The notes beneath the pieces are model-generated. The model saw only the letters and a program-made list of their open reading frames with translations, did no database searches and was not told the origin of the DNA. This document shows, in pieces, positions 19,467-29,427 of a DNA stretch of 64,000 nucleotides (position 1 is the stretch's first letter; each line of letters opens with the position of its first letter). Source of the stretch: Phycisphaerae bacterium (GTDB taxonomy: Bacteria > Planctomycetota > Phycisphaerae > UBA1845). The stretch is from contig JAJDDY010000039.1 in assembly GCA_029260075.1 (NCBI GenBank), positions 6,052 through 70,051 on the forward strand, written 5' to 3'. A program made the position numbers and the translations under genes.

Positions 19467-20636
19467 TCACGACGCGCCGACCTTCCCCTCGGCCACCTCG
19501 TCGTAGAGCGCTAACATTTGTTCAGCGTGACGGGCCATGCTCACGCGATCGGCGATCGCGCGGGCGGCGGTGCCGATTCGTACGCGGTTCGCGGTATCAT
19601 GGAGACTTATCACACGATCTGCGAGCCCTTGAACGTCGTCGCTATCATCCAAAACATAGCCATTATCGCCGTCGGAAATCATTTCGGACGCTCCGTCCCA
19701 TCGAGTCGTGACACACGCAAGCCCAGAGGCCATCGCCTCCAGCACGACGCGGCTACACGGGTCGTAGTAAGTTGGATGAACGAGCACGTCGCCGGCGTGA
19801 AGCATGGTCGGGATGCGATCGCTTGGTCCGGTAAACGTCACGAAATCAGCCACGCCAATCCGTTCGGCCTGGCGCTGCCACCGTAGAGAATCCCCCTTGC
19901 CGATCACCAACGATCGGACATCAGAAACGCCCTGCCGATTGATCCGCGCCAAAGCGTCGATCCACGTGGGCAGCCCCTTGAGCCGAAAATTGTGGGCGAT
20001 CAGCAAGACCAAGCAGTGATCGTCGGCGATGTCGTATTCTCGACGAACCGCCTCACGATGACGGCGGCGCTCCTCCGGGTCGGTGTCGTCGGGATTGACG
20101 CCGTTGTAAATCTTGCGGATTGCGGATTGCGGGACGTCGTAGTGACGACGTAACTGATCGGTCACGTAGTCGGATATGGCGACGATGATCGGTACGCCGC
20201 CTCCGAAAATCGCCCGCTCCATGATCAGCGAATATCGCTGCTTGAAGTTCAACCGGTTGGCGTATCGCTTGATAAGTCGCCTCGGTCCACTTCCGATGAG
20301 GGCCAGGTTGCGTTCGATGGATTCCGCAACCGTACCGCCGCGCGGCTGATAGATGTCGGCGCAGGTGCAGGGCGAGATCGCGTGGATCACGTCGTAGCGG
20401 TCCTGACGAACCAATCGGGCTACGCGGTGGGCAAACGTGACGCTTCGCCGCGTGCGCGACATGGCTGCACCGCCGATGTTGTGAACGTGCAGAGTAGGCG
20501 TGGGCGACGGGCGACTCCGCGTGAACAGGTGGACCTCCGTGCCGCGATCCATCAGATGATGCAGGAATTGCAAGGTGGACGTCTCCGCACCGCCGCGCCA
20601 GGGATCGATCCATTCTGAAATCAGCGCGACCTTCAC
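19467..20636 (-). CDS. Glycosyltransferase family 4 (WaaG/RfaG-like)
   Basis: GGAET, IYNGV, HNFRLKGL, VHPTYYDPCSRVVLEAMASGL; GTGA overlap with upstream kinase. Confidence 0.9.
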   Translation of the reverse strand: MKVALISEWIDPWRGGAETSTLQFLHHLMDRGTEVHLFTRSRPSPTPTLHVHNIGGAAMSRTRRSVTFAHRVARLVRQDRYDVIHAISPCTCADIYQPRGGTVAESIERNLALIGSGPRRLIKRYANRLNFKQRYSLIMERAIFGGGVPIIVAISDYVTDQLRRHYDVPQSAIRKIYNGVNPDDTDPEERRRHREAVRREYDIADDHCLVLLIAHNFRLKGLPTWIDALARINRQGVSDVRSLVIGKGDSLRWQRQAERIGVADFVTFTGPSDRIPTMLHAGDVLVHPTYYDPCSRVVLEAMASGLACVTTRWDGASEMISDGDNGYVLDDSDDVQGLADRVISLHDTANRVRIGTAARAIADRVSMARHAEQMLALYDEVAEGKVGAS

Positions 20637-21490
20637 CGGCTCGCCCTCCGAGCCATGCGGGCAGTCCGGCGCGCTTCACGACGCGCGATTCGCTCGGTCT
20701 TACCGATGATCCGATACGCCAGTCGACGACCTACCGCCCCCAACTTCCGAGTCCCTAGATATCGCGTCAACCACCGCATTCGATCCGTACGCGAAACGAG
20801 ACCCACCGGCGTAGAGAAGTTAAGAGCGGCGATATCTTTGACGACCCAGCGCATCGCGCGGAAGCGCGGGCGAATCACGCGCTGTAAATCAATCAGATGC
20901 AGCGACGACGCACACGTGGCTGTCGGATCGTAAAAAATATGCGCGAGGTATAGATCGCGGTGTGCATAGCCCGTCCGATGGAACCGCCCGATCATATCAG
21001 CCAGCGGCTCGATAAGCGTGCGCATCGTCGACGCCACCGACTCGCCACCCTCGGCGACCAGTCGTTCCAATGAGTCACCGGGAACCGACTGCATCAACAC
21101 CGCACTCCGCCGCTCCGTCTGGCCGACGAACTCTTCGCCAAGGGCAACGGGCGCGGGGCAGGCAATTCCGTCCTTAGCCAAGCGGACCATCCATCCGAAT
21201 TCCATGCCGCCCACGGATCGCACCGCTTGACCACAACGGCGCACTTCGCGCCGCGCGGTGCGTGGCGGTGCATCAAACCGTTTGAGAAAGAACACGCACG
21301 TGCGGCCATCGTGATCGAGCTCGATGCGTATGCGCTCGCGCCATCTCTCCAAGCCGGGCTTGCTGAGATCGCCGTCGTTGGGGATGGCAAACAAGGCATC
21401 GAGCGAAGCGATCTTTTGATCGCGCAGCGTGCGCTCGAACCCTTCCGCAACCTGCAAATCGTTACATCGGATCGTGTCTGGCCCATGCAT
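20633..21490 (-). CDS. LPS kinase, WaaP/InaA/Kdo family
   Basis: FFLKR, GIACPAPVA, YAHRDLYLAHI, LHLIDLQR, VKDIAAL, TDRMRWL. Confidence 0.85.
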   Translation of the reverse strand: MHGPDTIRCNDLQVAEGFERTLRDQKIASLDALFAIPNDGDLSKPGLERWRERIRIELDHDGRTCVFFLKRFDAPPRTARREVRRCGQAVRSVGGMEFGWMVRLAKDGIACPAPVALGEEFVGQTERRSAVLMQSVPGDSLERLVAEGGESVASTMRTLIEPLADMIGRFHRTGYAHRDLYLAHIFYDPTATCASSLHLIDLQRVIRPRFRAMRWVVKDIAALNFSTPVGLVSRTDRMRWLTRYLGTRKLGAVGRRLAYRIIGKTERIARREARRTARMARRASR

Positions 21491-21685
21491 TCGCAATTTA
21501 CCTGATGACGCGCGACGCAGTAACGTCGGGAACCGATTCGTAGCATGAACTAGGCACACCTGCGTCGGCAGATGCGTTGCCGAAACCATACCCGGCCTGG
21601 CGTGCCTCGACAGCGCACCGGCTCTGCGCAAGAGTGATTGTACCGCATTTGTGCGATCGGACTACTGCTGGTGCTTTGTCGCGAC

Positions 21686-22430
21686 TCAGATGACGGGTTT
21701 GCCCGGACCGACCTTGTCCTTGGTCAGTTGGACCACGCCGCTGTTGTATTGACCGACCGCGGGATCGGTGTACGAGTCTTTCTTGGTGGGTGACTGTGAC
21801 GCGCCGTCCGTGGAGACTACGCTCTTCCCGACCGGACCGCCGCCGGGAGGGCTACCGCCTCCGCTTGTGCCCGCGCTTTCCTCGCTGGTTCCGGTGTCGT
21901 TGGCGCAGTTATCAATGCCGCCCTGTGTCGGCGTCGACGACGACGCGACGATTCGGCGATAGTCGATGACTCTGTGGCCGTCGTAGTAATAGCACTCGCC
22001 GTCGCCCAGCGTGTCGAGGACACCACTGTTCTCCACCGTCTTGCGAATGCGCCGACCGAGGGCGTCGTAGTGGTAGCGGCCGACGGCTTCCGAGCCGCCG
22101 GTTATAATCCGAGAGACGGCCGCAAGGCGTCCGAACAAGTCGTAGCCGTAGGATAGCTCGCCGTCGTTGGTCAGGTTGCCGTCGCCGTCGTAGACGTAGC
22201 TGTCTGTGTTCCCCCCGGACGTGACCGATGTGATGCGGTTGGCGCCGTCGGTGTTGTGGGCGGTCGCCCTCAGCAGCGTGTCGGCGGAGGAGTCGTAACC
22301 GGGTACGCCATCCGCAGTGTAACGCGTTAAGTTGCTCCAGTTGCCCAGGACGTCGAGCGATCAAGTACCACCCTGGCCACCGGAGTTCTGTGTGCCGTAA
22401 CGGTATTTGGTGCGTTTGGATTTGTCGAAG
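21686..22430 (-). pseudogene. Rhs/YD-repeat protein remnant
   Basis: Reads ...QGGT*SLDVLGNW...YVYDGDGNLTNDGELSYGYDLFGRL...YHYDALGRRIRK...YYYDGHRVI; in-frame TGA at 22361-22363; no start codon and no PxxxxDPxG core. Confidence 0.8.
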
Positions 22431-22575
22431 GCTCCGCAGGAAAATTGCGTGATGAGCTGAGCAATGCGTGAGCTAACCCAATGGCGCGACCTTGTAGCTG
22501 CGGCGCTACTTCTCAGAGTCCAGAAGCGCGTCCGCCCTACACGGTTGCAACCTATGGAGAAAGACTCCTCCCCGA

Positions 22576-22974
22576 CTACCGCAATTGAGCTAGGCAGGTC
22601 TCCGCAGCCAGCCTCGAAGCCTTACGAAATGCAATGGGCCACGAATCCACTTCATGGTAGTCTACATCTTCTATTGTTAAATGAAATGGTCCAATTGAAC
22701 GCAATGGACGAACCAAGAAGATATCCAATACTCCAAACATAACTGAGTTATGCCATCCCTCGGAGGTCATCCGTTCTTTCTTCAAATCATCGAGAGCAAG
22801 TGAAAGGCCAAAACGCTCGTCTGGCCTTAGGCAAATCTTCACGGAAGCATACAAGGACATTCCACCAGTGACACGCGTAAAGGTCTCTTCCGCACGTAGT
22901 ACTGATTCAAAACTGCAAAACCCACATTGTGTCAGCGAATTGGTCCATAGTTCCAGGTAATCCATCTTGAGCAT
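22576..22974 (-). CDS. Stand-alone EF-G domain IV-like protein (132 aa)
   Basis: FTRVTGGMSLYASVKICLRP and LTIEDVDYHEVDSWPIAFRKAS align by eye with EF-G KQSGGRGQYGHVVIDMYP and SYHDVDSSELAFKLAA; visibly AT-richer than flanks. Confidence 0.65.
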   Translation of the reverse strand: MLKMDYLELWTNSLTQCGFCSFESVLRAEETFTRVTGGMSLYASVKICLRPDERFGLSLALDDLKKERMTSEGWHNSVMFGVLDIFLVRPLRSIGPFHLTIEDVDYHEVDSWPIAFRKASRLAAETCLAQLR

Positions 22975-23025
22975 CCTAGGGTTTTGCGTCCTTCATCAGG
23001 GCCATCCAAGCGTCTTGAGAGCCCG

Positions 23026-23048
23026 GTAGGGCAGGTCAATGACCTGCC
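23026..23048 (+). repeat. GTAG-type REP flanking RAYT
   Basis: GTAG GGCAGGTC AAT GACCTGCC. Confidence 0.85.
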
Positions 23049-23065
23049 TATCCCGTGGTCGACGA

Positions 23066-23611
23066 TCAGTCGTCAATGTTGGGCAGGTCGATCGCACTCG
23101 ATCCGGGCCAATTCGGATCAAGCCAGCCCAGCCTGACGTGACGATGAAAACTCGACCACGGCCACGACTCGGGCCGATCGACGTATCCGTGCTTGACCGG
23201 ATTAAGGTGAATGTAATCACGATACCGATCGTATTCGATTTCGTCCCGAATCCGGTGTTCCCAATAGCGGGGCTGCCAGACGCCTCGGCGTTGTTGCGAC
23301 CGCTGCTGTTCGGTCACATCCCAATCGCGACCGCCTTGCGCTAGGTAGTCGTGCGTGAACCGTCCCTTGATCTGTCGCCATCGTTCAGGAAAGTCGTCAT
23401 CGTCCGCCGGAAGCGTCCAAATGCAGTGTAGATGATCCGGCAATAGAACGCAGGGCCCGATCTCGAACGGAAGACGCTTTCGGACGGAGACGAACGCCCG
23501 TCGGAGCAGCCCGCGACAAAGCCCACTGGAAAGAATCCGTTGACGACGATAGGTGACCACGGTGAAGAAATACGTCGCCCCACACGCCCGCCATCGCACA
23601 TATGTCGACAT
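23066..23611 (-). mobile_element. REP-associated tyrosine transposase (RAYT, Y1/HUH)
   Basis: GATYFFTVVT, VLLPDHLHCIWTLP (HUH), WQPRYWEHRIRD, YIHLNPVKHG, WPWSS; flanked by inverted GTAG REPs. Confidence 0.93.
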
Positions 23612-23652
23612 GACGCCACAGTATCACGCGAGCGAACGATTGCCAACGGTAA

Positions 23653-24039
23653 AGGCAGGTCATCGACCTGCCCTACCTGGCTTCAATCCCCCCCGGAAAG
23701 GGGCTGACGCCGGATGGAGACGCCAAAACATGCCGAACACCTATTGACAACGAACAGTCTCTTCATGGATACCTGGCTTGGGCGCGGTCGCTGGACAGTT
23801 CGCTGCCCGGTGGCCGAATTGTCAATGCCGAACCGACACTCTTCAGTCAATCGATCGAGATTGCGTTGGATTCAGGAGTCACCTGGTCTGTTGGCACGTT
23901 TGGACTTGATGGCTGGTTCATCGGCGATGACGTAGTCATGATCGGGGTATCCTCGGATGCCTTCGGCATATGGATGCTTAATGTTGACGTGTGCGACAAG
24001 GCGGTGGCAAGTTCCTATAGGGCAACGCCCTCACCGTAA
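23653..24039 (+). pseudogene. Possible 5'-truncated gene fragment
   Basis: Stop-to-stop open frame of 128 codons with no 5' ATG, protein-like IEIALDSGVTWSVGTFGLDGWFIGDDVVMI...WMLNVD, abutting the RAYT REP. Confidence 0.3.
23654..23676 (-). repeat. GTAG-type REP flanking RAYT
   Basis: Reverse complement GTAG GGCAGGTC GAT GACCTGCC. Confidence 0.85.
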
Positions 24040-24131
24040 GCGAGCGTCATAGCTGCTGAATCTTCCACGACATCGAGATGCATTGGCAACGGCCATGGAC
24101 GTCGACGCCATGGAACGCCGAATGACATTCC

Positions 24132-24152
24132 GTCGGGCTGAGCCCGACCTAC
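24132..24152 (-). repeat. GTAG-type REP, different stem
   Basis: Reverse complement GTAG GTCGGGC TCA GCCCGAC. Confidence 0.65.
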
Positions 24153-24182
24153 GTGTGGATCGAAGACAATCGCACAATAGCG

Positions 24183-24656
24183 TCAAGCCGGTACCCACGC
24201 GAGATCGAGAATGGTGTTGGTGGGTTTTTCTGTATTGAACACAGCCTTGACAGGCATGCCGATTTCCGGCTTACCCTCTTTCAGATAGCTCATCAACTTT
24301 GTGCATACACCTTCAAGCTCGACGCTAATGAGCGGGCAGGGGATGGTCGCGCGGAACGGCGCACCGGGATAGAGCACCGTGCTGTGCGTCAAGATCGTGC
24401 CGACCTGCGGGGCTTCAACCCATTCCATTTCGTGCCAACAGTCAGGGCATTCGCATCGCGGCGGTAGCCACAAGCGCTTCTCTTCGCACTCCGGGTTCGT
24501 GCATCGCGTCGCCATGAGTTTCTTGTCCAGCAGCGCGGTGAAAAACTGACCCCATCCGCCGTACGAATGGATATGGTGCCAGTTCTTGAGGTTCTTGATT
24601 ACCAGCGGGTCGCGGTTAAGGACTTCCGCCGTCGTGCCATCGAGTTCGATCGCCAT
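24183..24656 (-). CDS. DUF35 zinc-ribbon/OB-fold protein
   Basis: CTNPEC...PPRCECPDC, EIGMPVKAVF; downstream of a thiolase-fold gene. Confidence 0.88.
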   Translation of the reverse strand: MAIELDGTTAEVLNRDPLVIKNLKNWHHIHSYGGWGQFFTALLDKKLMATRCTNPECEEKRLWLPPRCECPDCWHEMEWVEAPQVGTILTHSTVLYPGAPFRATIPCPLISVELEGVCTKLMSYLKEGKPEIGMPVKAVFNTEKPTNTILDLAWVPA

Positions 24657-24776
24657 CGTATGCACCTTCCGATCGTAAGCGCCGACCCACCGACAGCCAT
24701 CACCGGGCTGTCCGTTACGGATCGGTTTGAGTTCGCATCACATCGCGGACTCTTCGTCCGCACCTCAGTACTTCGT

Positions 24777-26147
24777 CTACGGCTTTTCCATAATGGAGCA
24801 CGTCACGTGACTGCCGGTTCCCGCGTGGGAAATCGCACAGGCACGCTTGACGTTGGGTACCTGAAGACTTCGGAAATCTTCCGGCTTCGTCTTGCCATAC
24901 CTCGCCCATCGTTCCGGCTCGGCGTGGAAATGGTCCCACTTGTTTTGCATTTGCCAAAGCACCTCGACGAGTTGGAAAATCCCCGTCGCCCCGACCGCAT
25001 GCATCGTACCAATCAGCCCGCCCGACGGATTCGTCGGCAGGCGACCATCCATATATGCGTCACCCGAATCGATGAACTCGCGACCGCGACCGTATGGCCT
25101 CAAGCCGATGTCTTCATACGTCTGCACGTCACTGATCGTAAACGCATCGTGCGTTTCCAGCAGGTCGAAGTCTTCGATCGGATCGGCAACGCCGGCCATG
25201 TTGTACGCCAGATAAGCGGCCATTCTCGCCGCGAGAAACGAACTGAATCCCGGCCACTCGCTTCGCTCTTCAGTGAAGTAGTCTTTGTACGTATCTTCAG
25301 TCTCGTTCGGTAAGAGCAGGATGGGCATGTTCCGCCGATCGGCGGTGCGCAGGGTGTGCGTGCCCCCACAGATAGCCGTCAGCTTCATCGGATTGTCGGT
25401 CATCCGATACGCGGTTTCTTCGTCCGCCAAAATCAACACAGCCGCCCCGACACTCATGACGCAACACTCGAGGAACGACAGCGGGTCGGCGACCATATCG
25501 TTTTCGAGAACCTGCTCGACCGTGTAGTGACCGGGGTTCTGCGAGTACGGGGAGTAGCAGGCGTGTTCGTAATTCTTGCAGGCGATCTTCGCCAGCGTTT
25601 CTCGCGGCACTTTGTTTTCGTGCTGGTAACGCTGGGCCATCAGCGCGTAGTACGCCGCATACATCCATCCTAGTTCGCTCTCGAAGTCCTTACATGCGGC
25701 GCTGGCGATGTACGCATTGCCCACCTTGGTCGGCACCTCGTCCATGCGCTCCCAACCCACAACGGGCACGCACGTAGCGTATCCCGAAGCCACCGCCTGC
25801 GCGGCGGCAAGCACGGACGAACCGCCGGTAGCGCCGCCCGTTTTGACTTCGATATTCCCCAGCGGGTCGAACCCGATGTAGTCGTGAATTTTGGAGGCCG
25901 CAAGAAGCTGGTCGCCGAAATGGTCGGCGAACTGAGAATACACAACCCAGTTCACCATCCGGCGAAACTCCTCTGGAGAAACCTTCAGGTCGTTCTCTTC
26001 GACGGCCATGCGCAGCGCCTCGGTGCATAGCTGTGACGAGTTTTTCTCGGGGTATCGCTTGCGGTAATCGGTCAATCCGCCGGCGACGACGTAGACCGGC
26101 TTCTCAAAACGCGGGATGCGTAGGTTCCCGGGTCCGAACTTGATCAT
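24777..26147 (-). CDS. SCP-x/archaeal-type thiolase-fold protein
   Basis: ETHDAFT, PTNPSGGLIGTMHAVGATG, GAAVLILA; EVKTGGATGG where ExACAS is usual. Confidence 0.85.
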   Translation of the reverse strand: MIKFGPGNLRIPRFEKPVYVVAGGLTDYRKRYPEKNSSQLCTEALRMAVEENDLKVSPEEFRRMVNWVVYSQFADHFGDQLLAASKIHDYIGFDPLGNIEVKTGGATGGSSVLAAAQAVASGYATCVPVVGWERMDEVPTKVGNAYIASAACKDFESELGWMYAAYYALMAQRYQHENKVPRETLAKIACKNYEHACYSPYSQNPGHYTVEQVLENDMVADPLSFLECCVMSVGAAVLILADEETAYRMTDNPMKLTAICGGTHTLRTADRRNMPILLLPNETEDTYKDYFTEERSEWPGFSSFLAARMAAYLAYNMAGVADPIEDFDLLETHDAFTISDVQTYEDIGLRPYGRGREFIDSGDAYMDGRLPTNPSGGLIGTMHAVGATGIFQLVEVLWQMQNKWDHFHAEPERWARYGKTKPEDFRSLQVPNVKRACAISHAGTGSHVTCSIMEKP

Positions 26148-26357
26148 GGAGCACCTTACTTTCGGTCAGTAACCAGAAAACATCGAACTTCTGAACGTAT
26201 CCGTCAAGAAGTGCCGCGCCGCACCACTCCACGGATCGGAGACGCCAAACGCACGGCCAACCGGCCATGCCTGTCGCGAATTCTCGCGAGCGGCTACACT
26301 ACGGGCAACAGCAACGGATCGTCAAGGGGCGACCGGAGTCGGAGGCAACGCACACAG

Positions 26358-26512
26358 CTAGTGCTCTGTCACAGCTGGAATGACGGGTTTACCGAGCCGC
26401 GACCGTAAGGAAGCGGAGGTTTGCAATCCGCTCGTGACAGCTCAAAAACGCTCCCTCAGGGTCGCGGCTCGGATCGGACCAACCCGTCACTTGAGTCGTG
26501 ACAAGGCACTAG
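26358..26512. mobile_element. MITE-like element family A, best-preserved copy (155 bp)
   Basis: CTAGTGCTCTGTCAC...GTGACAAGGCACTAG terminal inverted repeats around the REP doublet core. Confidence 0.82.
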
Positions 26513-26586
26513 AACCATTCTGCGACACAATTATCGATGTCGCGATACCCAATGTAGGCCACGGACGCGCAAGGGCAAAAATCGCG

Positions 26587-27261
26587 ATGGATGCCGTTCA
26601 ACTCGACATGGTCGACTCCACCAACGACGAAGCCAAGCGCCAAATTCTCCGCCGTGACATCCGCAAACCGTTCTACGTTCTCGCACGCGAGCAGTCCGCT
26701 GGACGGGGCAGCCGCGGAAGAGCGTGGTCGTCGCCAGCCAACGTCGGCGTCTACCTCTCGGTGGTGGAGTTTCCCAACCACAGCCCGGCTGATTCGACCA
26801 CGGCGTACACCTTGGCGGCAGGCGTGGCGTGTGCAGAAACTCTTAGAAAATCGACGGGCTGTTCCGTACAACTCAAACCGGTGAACGATCTGTTGTTGTG
26901 CGGCGGAAAACTCGGGGGCATTCTTACCGAAACGGTCGTGCAGCGCGGCGCGGTGGAAGCGGTTATCGTCGGGGTCGGCATTAACACACACCGTGCGAAC
27001 CGGCGTGTCCAACTGGGCGCGTTGACGCCGGTCACCCTGGAGGGCGCCATGTCCACAGAACGGTTCGCCAACCTCGACTTGAACTCCATGGTTGCGACAT
27101 TGATCCTCAAGATTCACGCCTGGTGCAAATGCGTATCAATGCGGGATATGGATCGAATCACACGCGCGTGGCAGGACTTCGCGATCGACGGCGCCTCACT
27201 GCCGATGGTAAGGCAAGTACGTAAGCCGCGCAACGCTTGTTCTGCCGAACTGTCACGGTAG
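26587..27261 (+). CDS. birA: Biotin-protein ligase
   Basis: VDSTN, QSAGRGSRGRAWSSP, LKPVNDL, KLGGILTE, VGVGIN. Confidence 0.9.
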   Translation: MDAVQLDMVDSTNDEAKRQILRRDIRKPFYVLAREQSAGRGSRGRAWSSPANVGVYLSVVEFPNHSPADSTTAYTLAAGVACAETLRKSTGCSVQLKPVNDLLLCGGKLGGILTETVVQRGAVEAVIVGVGINTHRANRRVQLGALTPVTLEGAMSTERFANLDLNSMVATLILKIHAWCKCVSMRDMDRITRAWQDFAIDGASLPMVRQVRKPRNACSAELSR

Positions 27262-29217
27262 ACGTGGCGCGGCGCTTGCGGTCCGTTGAACAGCAGAGCG
27301 GTCGCGTGCGACGATGCCCTCTTCGCTAGACTCCACACGATACAAGAGACCCGTCGCAACCTGTGCGTGCCACTCGGGTAGTGAATCGTCGGGTACCAGT
27401 CGCACCGGCAAGTCGGCCGGCCAATCGAGCGAGCCTTCGATTGACGCATAAACATAGTCGACGCGGTTTCGCCGCAATGCCTCAGACGAAATGCCCTCGA
27501 CACACAGGGCCTTGCGCCACACATTCGGATCGATAACGTAGTTGCGGAAGTCGCGGCCCATGAGACCGTAGTTCATGCTCGCGTCGGCGAGATTCAGTAT
27601 TCGAGTCCCCACCGGCGTTTCGTCAATAACGCGGGGCACGCCGTAAAAGGCGTGCCGATCGGAGAGCCCGTTCTTAGCACGGGTCAAACACGCACGGGCC
27701 GGTTTGTACACCCCCACCGCGACGCCAACGCTTAGCCCCACAGTGATCATGGTCGTCACCAAGCGCGGAGACCGACGCGACAGGCGATCAATCAGCACCG
27801 ACGCGGGCACGACGGAGAGAATCAACAGCGGCAGTACGAACCGCACCATCTCTTGAAACACGGTTAGGATCAGAACCGCACCCGACAGGGACAACATCAA
27901 GAGGACCAGCCGCCAGCGCTGCTCCCGTGTGCGCGGACGCCATGTGCCGCGGGAACAGATCAATACCAGAAGTCCAACCGGAACGAACGCTGCGAACGCA
28001 GCCCCCATGCCGCCGTTAACGCTGTATGCATAGCCGACGCCGGCGATCTTCGTCTCGCGCCACGGGTAGTACCACCAACGCGCCAGACGATCGGCCAGCG
28101 GTCGCATAGGAAATATCTCATCAGCAAACGTACCGGGGAGCAGCGTAACGTCGCCGAATCGAACGCCGAGCGGGTAGAACGGGTTGCCCATCTCGACCGT
28201 TCCACGAACAAACCAGAATGCCGAACACACCAACACGGCTGACGAAAACAGCAAAAGGTTGTTCATCGGCCGCCGCGTACCCGGCAGCGACTCGTGGGCT
28301 CTGGTCCATTCGACAAGGAACGCCACCGCCGCCAGGAACGTCACGAGCACTAAGTGCGTCGTCTTGCTGCCCAGTGCCACGCCGGCGGACAACCCCGCGA
28401 CGACAAACAACGCGCGCCGCGCGCGGTCGGTATCAACACGAGATGCCCACGTCAGCGCCAAAAGCGATGTAAGCCAGAAGGACGCGCCGTACAGGTCGAT
28501 GTAGCCGGAGAATCCCTGAAACGCGACGACCGGCATGCCCAGCGCCAGGACTGCTCCGGCTAGCGCACCCGACGTGCCCACGCCCACCGCCCGAATCAAC
28601 CCGAACACCGCCGCACCCGTAAGCAATACATGGGGAACATGAACCAACGGGAACAACACTTCGGCGCGAACGAACGACAGCAGGAACGGCACGATCATGC
28701 CGTTCTCCGGGTTCGAAAGAAAGTTGATCCCCGGCACCATCGTCAATGCGTGATCGCGCATCCATTGGATAGCGACCGGAAAGTGATAGTACATTGCGTC
28801 ATAGCCCTGAGGGTAGCGCGTCAGCGCATCAATCAGGAAGACGACGTACATCGTCGCGACGATCGATATAGCCCACCGCCAACGGTGAATGGAACCTCGC
28901 TCAGACGGAGACAGTGACTCGACAAGCGCCGCGCCGGGTTCACCCGTAGGTGCTAAACGGACGCAGCCCACAGTCCAAGCCGCGTAGGCGATGGCGACGG
29001 TAATCGGCGTGACCAGCCCACGACCCACAACAAGCGAAATCAGCGCGACGACATGTGTCGACGCGATCAATCCGCACGCAGGAATCGCAATCGCAAACGC
29101 TAACCGGCTGGCGCGTTCCGTCACGCCCCACGTCGCGGACCAGCGGTAGCTGACTCGACAACCGACGAGCCACATCGCCGCCATGGCTGATAGTGTGATG
29201 ACGTTCAACGTCTGCAC
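27253..29217 (-). CDS. Polytopic membrane protein, probable GT-C (ArnT/PMT-like) glycosyltransferase
   Basis: Many TM segments, YDAMYYHFP, YIDL, ALGSK, GNPFYP. Confidence 0.7.
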   Translation of the reverse strand: MQTLNVITLSAMAAMWLVGCRVSYRWSATWGVTERASRLAFAIAIPACGLIASTHVVALISLVVGRGLVTPITVAIAYAAWTVGCVRLAPTGEPGAALVESLSPSERGSIHRWRWAISIVATMYVVFLIDALTRYPQGYDAMYYHFPVAIQWMRDHALTMVPGINFLSNPENGMIVPFLLSFVRAEVLFPLVHVPHVLLTGAAVFGLIRAVGVGTSGALAGAVLALGMPVVAFQGFSGYIDLYGASFWLTSLLALTWASRVDTDRARRALFVVAGLSAGVALGSKTTHLVLVTFLAAVAFLVEWTRAHESLPGTRRPMNNLLLFSSAVLVCSAFWFVRGTVEMGNPFYPLGVRFGDVTLLPGTFADEIFPMRPLADRLARWWYYPWRETKIAGVGYAYSVNGGMGAAFAAFVPVGLLVLICSRGTWRPRTREQRWRLVLLMLSLSGAVLILTVFQEMVRFVLPLLILSVVPASVLIDRLSRRSPRLVTTMITVGLSVGVAVGVYKPARACLTRAKNGLSDRHAFYGVPRVIDETPVGTRILNLADASMNYGLMGRDFRNYVIDPNVWRKALCVEGISSEALRRNRVDYVYASIEGSLDWPADLPVRLVPDDSLPEWHAQVATGLLYRVESSEEGIVARDRSAVQRTASAAPRLP

Positions 29218-29226
29218 GAAAATCTC

Positions 29227-29361
29227 TCAAAATGCCCGCAAGAGGTCGGAGCAATCGCTGACCAACGAATTCACGAGATCACGAACGCCGAGAGAGAACA
29301 TGACGTTGGCGATCAAACCGGTCGCGCACAGGCCCAGTAGGATTTGATCACCATAGCGCAT
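29227..29361 (-). CDS. Possible small membrane protein (44 aa)
   Basis: MRYGDQILLGLCATGLIANVMFSLGV..., stop 10 nt before start of the GT-C gene. Confidence 0.3.
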   Translation of the reverse strand: MRYGDQILLGLCATGLIANVMFSLGVRDLVNSLVSDCSDLLRAF

Positions 29362-29427
29362 CACGAGTTTCAAGGGTTCAACTCCTTGGCAACATGGTCG
29401 AAGATCTAACGTCGATGATCCACGCTC

